A program made the position numbers and the translations under genes. This document shows positions 57,683 to 64,000 of a stretch of DNA of 64,000 nucleotides, piece after piece. Origin of the DNA: a virus; IMG/VR virus record IMGVR_UViG_3300005836_000015; one strand, 5' to 3'. How positions within the stretch are numbered: the stretch's first letter is position 1; every line of letters begins with the position of its first letter. Below the pieces are notes generated by a model. The model saw only the letters and a list, made by a program, of their open reading frames with translations. It was not told the DNA's origin and ran no database searches.

Positions 57683-58639
57683 ATGTACCTGTCCTATTCG
57701 GGCTGGAAGAAGAGCGACTGCAACTTCGCATACTGGCACGGGTACATCAACAAGACGAAGCTGCCGGGACCCGATGACCGCCTCGGTTCGATCTACGGGT
57801 CCGTCGTGGGCAAGCTCTTCGAGGTGTTCTACAACGAGGAGCTCTACCGCAAGCCTCAGCCTGCTGGAGAGCTCTTGTCCCGTGTTGACGCCACCATCCA
57901 GGAGATCATCCACGACGAGACCTCAGCAGGAGGCTGGAAGACAGCAGGCGTCCTCATGTGGAAGGGGAAGGAACCGGGTCAGAACCCGAAAGCCCTCTAC
58001 GCCAACGTGGAGGAACTAGCAGCCGATGTTCGGGATGCGATCGATCATGGCTTCCGAACCATTCGTCAAGAGCGCCTTCTCGGTCGAGGGGCCCAGGCGG
58101 AGGTCAAGCTCGACGCGACGATCGGTGGGCACCGAATCGGAGGCCGGGCCGACTTCGTGATGCGACGGGTCCAGCCTCACAACGACGAGGTGATCATCGA
58201 CGGCAAGGGCTCCAAGTGGCGGGAAGCCTTCGTCGACCATCGCCAGCTCAAGTGGTACGCCATGCTCTTTCGCCATCATCACGGCCGGCTGCCGGATCGA
58301 CTCGGGTTCCTCTACTGGAGGTTCGACCCGCCCGAGAGCCTCGACTGGGTGGAGTTCACGAGCAAGGAGATCGACGAGTTCCAGGCTCGGGTGCTCGGTG
58401 ACATCGCCCGCATCGAGGAACTAGCGAAGGGGCTGACCACCCCCACGACATTCGAGGCTGCTCGGAAGGTCTTCCTTCCGCTAGCTGGATCCGGCGCCGA
58501 TATCAAGGAGGTCGAACAGGCGTGCAGGTTCTGTCCCTTCGCCACGGAGGAGATTTGTCCTGAGGGGGCTCGTGTCCAGCAGGGCATCGCGGAGAGGGGG
58601 CCTAGAAAACCTAAGAGGTCTTCCGGAAATTCGGTGTAG
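57683..58639 (+). CDS. PD-(D/E)xK exonuclease (Cas4/AddB-like)
   Basis: LSYS...C, GRADF, IIDGK, QL..YA, CRFCPF....C Fe-S-type Cys. Confidence 0.82.
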   Translation: MYLSYSGWKKSDCNFAYWHGYINKTKLPGPDDRLGSIYGSVVGKLFEVFYNEELYRKPQPAGELLSRVDATIQEIIHDETSAGGWKTAGVLMWKGKEPGQNPKALYANVEELAADVRDAIDHGFRTIRQERLLGRGAQAEVKLDATIGGHRIGGRADFVMRRVQPHNDEVIIDGKGSKWREAFVDHRQLKWYAMLFRHHHGRLPDRLGFLYWRFDPPESLDWVEFTSKEIDEFQARVLGDIARIEELAKGLTTPTTFEAARKVFLPLAGSGADIKEVEQACRFCPFATEEICPEGARVQQGIAERGPRKPKRSSGNSV

Positions 58640-58651
58640 GAGGCGCCCTGT

Positions 58652-58927
58652 ATGTCGTCGCTCGACCAGTACAAGCAAAGGTTGGATGACCTCACCCGCC
58701 GCTTCAATGCGGCGGGCAAGAAGAGGTCGGAGTATCGAGGTCAGCTCGAAGCCAAGAAGGACGAGCTCGTGGCCCTGAAGCGCGAGATCGAAGCGGCTGG
58801 GTTCGACCCCAAGAATCTCCGGAAGGAACGGGACAAGCTCGAAGCGGAGCTGGTCGCCAACATGGACACGTTCGAAAAGGAACTGGCCGAGGTCGAGACG
58901 GCCCTCGCGGCCTTCGACAAAAAGTGA
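58652..58927 (+). CDS. small coiled-coil protein
   Basis: 91 aa of heptads; TCGGTGTA at 58631. Confidence 0.7.
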   Translation: MSSLDQYKQRLDDLTRRFNAAGKKRSEYRGQLEAKKDELVALKREIEAAGFDPKNLRKERDKLEAELVANMDTFEKELAEVETALAAFDKK

Positions 58928-58934
58928 GGGATGT

Positions 58935-60212
58935 ATGAAGCTCCGATTCCAGGTCCATGCTCTCAATGAGGCGCTCGATGTGGCGTCCATCGTACCCCCT
59001 CGTTCGATTGCGGCCGAGGGAGGTGCCGGCTACCTCTTCATCGTCAAGAACAAGGAGTGCTGGATCTACTCGAGGGAGCAGAAGCACCAGATCCGTGTGA
59101 GTGTCCCGCTCGAGGACGCCGACGGAGACGGAGCCTTCGTGTTTCCGGCCGAGAAGGTCGGAGCCTTCAAGTTTCTCGAGGGTTGGATCCAGATCGAGTC
59201 CGGCCATGAGGCCGCCGAGGATCGCTACTGGCTCAAGTACGAGGCGGAGTCGAAGGACAAGCAGGAGGACATCTCGACGATCGACCCTCGCTTGATGCAG
59301 AGCCTCGACGAGGCGTTCCAGAAGTCTACCGAGGGGGCCGAGTTCCCGGCGGCGTTGCTGCGGGACGCCATCACCGTGACGAAGCCTTATCTGGCCAAGC
59401 CGGGCGAGAGCCGGGTCGAGGAGCACTTCCAGACCCTTCAGCTCTTCGATGCCTCCAAGGACGAGTGGAAGAAGGGCAATGGGGTCATGTTCGCTGCGGA
59501 CGGGATCCGCGCCTGCTACTACTCCTGCGACAAGCTCCAAGACCGGGGTCTTGCCCTGCATGGGGGCAGCCTCCCCTTCGTGTCGTCCTTCCTCTCGAAG
59601 TGCTCGGGGAATGTCCAGATCCGTCGGGGCAAGGGGATCACGTTCCTGGCTACGAAGGCGGGGCATGTGCTCGGATGGGCTCACTCGGTCCAAGAGCACG
59701 GACAGTTCAAGGTCTACTCCTTCAAGAGCGACGGGTTCGTGTTCCGCATCGATAAGGTCCCGTTCGTCAAGGCCCTGAAGTACGTTCGGGCCGCCCTCGA
59801 TGCGAAGCGGGACAAGGTTCGTCTCGAGTACTCGCACGACTCCAAGGCGCTCATCATCCGGGCCAGTGAGGGTGTCGCCAAGGCGGTCAGCCGGCCCATC
59901 GTCGTCGAGCCGACCCCGGATGAACCGAAAGGCGGGGAGAAGGTCGCTGGGGCCTCCGGCGAGTCGGAGGACTTCGCCGTGAACATCAACCTCAACCATC
60001 TCATCGATCTCGTGGATCCGATGCGGTCCCACAGGATCGAGCTTCGTGTTGCGGTCGTCCCCCCTGCCAATGGTCAGAAAGCATCGGCGTTCTTCCGGAC
60101 CATCGATGCCTTCTACCTCGACGAGGAGGGGCGTGTGGTCATTCCGGCCGATGTCGAGGAAGGCAAGCTCTCCGAATGCAAGGTGATCCGGTTCATGCCC
60201 TCTCGGGAGTGA
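58935..60212 (+). CDS. DNA polymerase sliding clamp (beta-like)
   Basis: Three-domain length, clamp-like patterns (FAADG.R, IDK..F.KAL..V, VNIN..HLID.V); context with holA/holB/dnaX. Confidence 0.68.
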   Translation: MKLRFQVHALNEALDVASIVPPRSIAAEGGAGYLFIVKNKECWIYSREQKHQIRVSVPLEDADGDGAFVFPAEKVGAFKFLEGWIQIESGHEAAEDRYWLKYEAESKDKQEDISTIDPRLMQSLDEAFQKSTEGAEFPAALLRDAITVTKPYLAKPGESRVEEHFQTLQLFDASKDEWKKGNGVMFAADGIRACYYSCDKLQDRGLALHGGSLPFVSSFLSKCSGNVQIRRGKGITFLATKAGHVLGWAHSVQEHGQFKVYSFKSDGFVFRIDKVPFVKALKYVRAALDAKRDKVRLEYSHDSKALIIRASEGVAKAVSRPIVVEPTPDEPKGGEKVAGASGESEDFAVNINLNHLIDLVDPMRSHRIELRVAVVPPANGQKASAFFRTIDAFYLDEEGRVVIPADVEEGKLSECKVIRFMPSRE

Positions 60213-60856
60213 GCGACCGGGTTCGCAGTCTCAGCAACCGCTCGGCTCAGCTCCTGGCTTTGCGAAATCGCTTGAGCCAGGAGCTTTCGCGGAAGCAAGC
60301 GGAAGTCCGAGAACTGTCGGATCGGGTGGAGAAGCTCAGCAAGGTAGGCGAACTGTTTCGCCTGCTGATGGACCTGCTCGTCGACAAGCAGGTCAAGGTC
60401 GTCGAGGGGCTCATGACCGAGGGGCTCCAGAGTATCTTCCACGACCTCAATTTGAGCGTCGAGGCAGAGGTCGGAACCAAGTACAACCGGATCGCGGTTG
60501 ACTTCTTCATGCGGCAGGGTTCAAAGGAAGACCCCTTGAGTCATCGGGGCCGGCCCTTGGATGCCTTCGGAGGAGGTCCCTCAAGCGTTGCCTCACTCAT
60601 CCTTCGAATCCTGACCCTTCTCCGCCTCAAGAGGTACCCGATGCTCATTCTCGACGAAGCCTTGGGGGCGGTCTCGGATGAATATACCGAGCCGACTGGA
60701 AGGTTCCTGGCTAACCTTGCAGGGAAAATGGGAGTCGATGTCCTGCTTGTCACCCACAAGCCGGCCTTCGTCGAGCACGCCGACGTGGCCTACCGCTGCG
60801 AAGAGATCGTCGAAGCCGATGGGCTGCGCCGGCTGAACATCAGGAGCATCCGGTGA
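60209..60856 (+). CDS. SbcC/Rad50-like ATPase, C-terminal half
   Basis: AFGGGPSSV signature-like motif, LILDEAL Walker B, LVTH H-loop. Confidence 0.85.
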   Translation: MSDRVRSLSNRSAQLLALRNRLSQELSRKQAEVRELSDRVEKLSKVGELFRLLMDLLVDKQVKVVEGLMTEGLQSIFHDLNLSVEAEVGTKYNRIAVDFFMRQGSKEDPLSHRGRPLDAFGGGPSSVASLILRILTLLRLKRYPMLILDEALGAVSDEYTEPTGRFLANLAGKMGVDVLLVTHKPAFVEHADVAYRCEEIVEADGLRRLNIRSIR

Positions 60857-61542
60857 GGACCGACGAAGAGATCCGGGGTCGAGTCCGCGAACTCGTCAAG
60901 GCTGAGCTGAAGCGACGGCTCGATGCAGCCCACGAGAAGCTTCCGCATCGTTGCGAACACAACCACCGGCATGCCCTCGATAGCCGGAAGGAAACGCTCG
61001 GTGAGCCCAACGAGCGCTACAACCGAATCCAAGATGCTCGGCATCTTCCCCTCTCGCAGACCATGGGGTTGTGCATGTTGGGAGCCAGTGACCCCGAGCA
61101 ATGGGGTGGGAACATCTGCGACGACCCCATCGATGCCCAGAGGTGCCCGTACTTCAAGCCCCGTGAAGACGACAAGTCCATCATGGACGAGTTCTCTGCT
61201 TCGTTGAAGGAACCCGCTTGGGTTGAGGCTCATCTTCCGGACGTGGCCGCTCTCTTGTGGGTTGCGGGCGGAAGTGTCGAGCAACGGGATGAGCCCAAGG
61301 AACCCGAGGTCTCGGAGCCCGAACCCAAGGAAGAGGAAGAAACCCAGGAGTCCGAACCCGAGCAAGACGAAGCGGGTGTTCGAACGGAACAGCGAGTAAT
61401 CCGGGTGACCCGTCATCTTCTCGACGGCGGCGTGAAGACCGAAGACCGAGAGATGAACGTGAAGGTTCATCCGTACCGGCCCAAGTTGTCCTGGTGGAGG
61501 CGGTTCTTGATTTGGATCGCCTTCGGAGGCAAGGACCGGTGA
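60853..61542 (+). CDS. hypothetical Cys-containing protein
   Basis: 229 aa, GTGA coupling. Confidence 0.65.
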   Translation: MRTDEEIRGRVRELVKAELKRRLDAAHEKLPHRCEHNHRHALDSRKETLGEPNERYNRIQDARHLPLSQTMGLCMLGASDPEQWGGNICDDPIDAQRCPYFKPREDDKSIMDEFSASLKEPAWVEAHLPDVAALLWVAGGSVEQRDEPKEPEVSEPEPKEEEETQESEPEQDEAGVRTEQRVIRVTRHLLDGGVKTEDREMNVKVHPYRPKLSWWRRFLIWIAFGGKDR

Positions 61543-62189
61543 GGGTCTCTGCCCTCGAACGAATCTTGGTACCTGAAAGGGTCCGGCGTCGGGCAACCCA
61601 AGTTCGTGTGGTGCAAGGCGACTTCGCTCGGCCGATGCTTCACGAGCGTGTTGTCGAACCTGCCGAGGCCCCCTATGTCGTCACGAGCACTCGTCAGACG
61701 TTCCTGCCGAGCCGACGACGGCAGGATGGGACGCTCTGGGCGGGGTTCTCTGAAGTGCAGATCAGCGAGGAGAGCGGGCTGCTCCGGGTACTGCATCGAT
61801 CGCTCTGGCAAATCTCTACGGTCAACGATTGGCCGAACCGGTGTACTTCTCTTCAGGACGCAGCACCCATCATGCAGACGCTCGGGTTCGAGCCCAAGTG
61901 CCTGGTGGTTCCGGTTTCCCTCCTGAAGGAAGCCTGCGGCGAAGCAATGACCGTCGAGGATGCCGAGAAGCTCATGCTGATGCAAGGTCACGTGACCAAG
62001 ATGGGGGACCTCTTTGTCTTGGCAGGAGACCTCGACCCGGGAACGGCTCTTCTCACAGCGGCCCCCAACATGGTGGGGACCTACACGAGGGCCGACACGG
62101 CTTTGGCGCTCATGCTCTTTCGGGTGGATCGTGCTGTCGTCCTTGTGGGTCGAGAGTTCGAGGAGTCCCCCGGCGATGGAGTGGCTTGA
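61539..62189 (+). CDS. hypothetical protein
   Basis: GTG overlaps upstream TGA. Confidence 0.6.
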   Translation: MRVSALERILVPERVRRRATQVRVVQGDFARPMLHERVVEPAEAPYVVTSTRQTFLPSRRRQDGTLWAGFSEVQISEESGLLRVLHRSLWQISTVNDWPNRCTSLQDAAPIMQTLGFEPKCLVVPVSLLKEACGEAMTVEDAEKLMLMQGHVTKMGDLFVLAGDLDPGTALLTAAPNMVGTYTRADTALALMLFRVDRAVVLVGREFEESPGDGVA

Positions 62190-62895
62190 GCAGCTCGCCC
62201 TGGTCGCGCACGAGCAACTAGGGGATCGTGTACGAGAAGCCCTCTGGACGAGGGGTGTGACCGACGAGCAGATCGAGCTCTACGGCCTCGGGCATCTCGA
62301 CAAGAACCTGCCCCCTCTTTCGTATCCTCCTGAGTTCCTTGAGTGGAGCTGGAATGGGCGTCGGCTCGACGACGTGTTCCTCCTCCCTCTGACGAACACC
62401 CTCGGCCAGGTCAAGGGCCTCCAGTTCCGCCACGTGGACCGAGCTCGTTCGGGCTACTCGGACTACATCCCCTACGAGGACGAGCCCGTTCTCTTTGGCC
62501 TGGGGCAGGCCATGCCCCACGTCTGGGAAACGGAGTCGATCTGGCTGGTTGAGGGCGGGTTCGACCTGTTCCCCATCCAGAGGGTCTACCCGGAGGTCGT
62601 CGCAACCCTGACGGCGAGGGTCACGAGCGGATTTAGTCGTCTGCTTAGGCGGTTGGCGAAGGAAATCTGGCTCGCGTATGATATGGACGACACCGGACGC
62701 AAGATGACCAGGGAGGTCGTTCAGACCTACGGCCGAGATTTCAGCATCCATCCGGTGAATTTTCCGCGACCCCTGCGGCCAGACGGCAAGGCACGAGCCA
62801 AGGACCCTTCTGAGCTGTGGGAAGTCTGGGGCGACCGCCGACTCGGTGTATTCCTCCGACGGTTGAAGGACCCCCTATCCCAGGAGATTGAGTAA
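62176..62895 (+). CDS. DnaG-type primase catalytic (TOPRIM) fragment
   Basis: LFGL, WLVEGGFD, LAYDMDDTG, KDPSE; no N-terminal Zn-binding domain. Confidence 0.85.
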   Translation: MEWLEQLALVAHEQLGDRVREALWTRGVTDEQIELYGLGHLDKNLPPLSYPPEFLEWSWNGRRLDDVFLLPLTNTLGQVKGLQFRHVDRARSGYSDYIPYEDEPVLFGLGQAMPHVWETESIWLVEGGFDLFPIQRVYPEVVATLTARVTSGFSRLLRRLAKEIWLAYDMDDTGRKMTREVVQTYGRDFSIHPVNFPRPLRPDGKARAKDPSELWEVWGDRRLGVFLRRLKDPLSQEIE

Positions 62896-63395
62896 TGGCC
62901 AAGACGTTCAGTGAAGCCGAGACCGTCGAGCAGATCGCGGGAGGTCTCATCCCCAACTACCACCCCGAGCTGGCCGAGGCTCGGATCATGTACGTGTTCG
63001 TCGACAAGGTGGGCATGAAAAACGGCCGGGAACTGTACGGGAAGGCCCAGAAGGTTTCGGGAATCTGGGAGTGGGCGACCGAGAAGGACTTCGTGATCCA
63101 GGTCGGGACCGACAAGTGGAACGACCTGGATGCCACCCAGCGAACGGCCCTCATCGATCACCTGCTCGAGTGCTGCACGGGCGAGGAGGACGAGGAGTCC
63201 GGCGAGATGAAGTGGAAGATCCGGGACCCCGAGGTCCAGGAGTTCGCCACGATCCTCCAGCGGTACGGCGTGTGGCACCTCGGGCTCCAGTCCTTCGTCT
63301 CCATCGCCAAGCAGATCAACCTCGACGCCCTCATCGAGGAGGAGGCCGAGATCGATCTGTCCCAAGAGGAAGAGTCGGAACAGGTCAACACCTGA
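62895..63395 (+). CDS. putative phage metallopeptidase-like protein
   Basis: W..L...QR.ALIDH.L..C...PEVQEF..I..RYG; acidic tail. Confidence 0.55.
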   Translation: MAKTFSEAETVEQIAGGLIPNYHPELAEARIMYVFVDKVGMKNGRELYGKAQKVSGIWEWATEKDFVIQVGTDKWNDLDATQRTALIDHLLECCTGEEDEESGEMKWKIRDPEVQEFATILQRYGVWHLGLQSFVSIAKQINLDALIEEEAEIDLSQEEESEQVNT

Positions 63396-63397
63396 GC

Positions 63398-64000
63398 ATG
63401 TGGGACCGGAAATACCGCCCCATTCGATTCGCGGAGGTCCTCGGACAGGAGGGCTCCGTCAGGATCCTCAAGGCCCGGCTTCAAAATAAGTCGGGCCTTG
63501 AGTCCTCGTACATTTTCAGCGGCGGTTCGGGTCAGGGGAAGACGACCCTGGCTCGAATCCTCTCCAGGGCTCTCTTGTGTGAGAACCTGGTCGACGAGGA
63601 ACCCTGCAACAAGTGCGGTAACTGCCTCGGTATCCTGCACGGCAACTCGGAGGCGTTCGTCGAGCAGGATGCCGCCAGCCGGGGATCCGTCGATGCGGTG
63701 CGAGAGATCGTTGACGACCTCCCGTTCGTCGTACCGGGGGCCAAGAAGCGCATCTACCTCTTCGACGAAGCCCACCGGATGAGCAATGGAGCCCAAGATG
63801 TCCTGCTCAAGCCGATCGAAGAGGGCAAGTTGGTGTGCATGTTCTGCACGACCGAGCCCGAGAAGATCCGTGGGCCGATCCAATCGAGGTGTGAGGAGTA
63901 CCGCATCCGAAAGATCACCCGAGAGGAAATCTCAAGTCGGATGGTGTGGGTCCTCGAACAGGAGAAGGTCTCCTACGAACTCGATGCGGTTCTCACGATC
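63398..64000 (+). CDS. dnaX: DNA polymerase III gamma/tau subunit (partial, runs off window)
   Basis: KYRP..F.EVLGQ, GGSGQGKTTLAR, PCNKCGNC, DAAS..SVD.VR, LFDEAH, LLK.IEE, IQSRC. Confidence 0.96.
   Translation, partial: MWDRKYRPIRFAEVLGQEGSVRILKARLQNKSGLESSYIFSGGSGQGKTTLARILSRALLCENLVDEEPCNKCGNCLGILHGNSEAFVEQDAASRGSVDAVREIVDDLPFVVPGAKKRIYLFDEAHRMSNGAQDVLLKPIEEGKLVCMFCTTEPEKIRGPIQSRCEEYRIRKITREEISSRMVWVLEQEKVSYELDAVLTI

Overview
GC-rich, densely coding segment that reads as part of a jumbo ('huge') phage genome. The host is possibly myxobacterial; this is inference from a Cys-rich lipoprotein. Left (1-10 kb): two sigma70/ECF-like factors, a DNA methyltransferase, a GIY-YIG nuclease, and a truncated class I release factor that needs an RF2-style +1 frameshift (GGAGG-GGT-CTT-TGA-C) yet carries an RF1-type PxT motif. 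Middle (10-37 kb): about 50 tRNA genes covering all 20 amino acids, tmRNA, EF-Tu, Pth2, thymidine kinase, a two-component module and HNH nucleases. Two modules stand out there. (i) A co-oriented operon of a TROVE-like/vWA protein, an E2-like protein, a JAB/JAMM protease, a Gly-terminated ubiquitin-like protein and a ThiF/E1 enzyme. (ii) At least seven chimeric RNAs in which a conserved helix plus a YACACGCA motif is fused to tRNA bodies in three topologies, including circular permutations, resembling Y RNAs. Right (37-64 kb): RtcB, a tRNA-binding OB protein, a DEDDh RNase, GroEL, PolIII clamp-loader and clamp subunits, class II RNR, NAD ligase, RecD2, RuvC, RecA, split SbcC/SbcD, a PD-(D/E)xK nuclease and a primase. 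A (C/T)(C/T)GGTGTA motif recurs just upstream of many genes. All calls come from manual motif and base-pair reading; no database searches were run, and tRNA ends may be off by a few nt.
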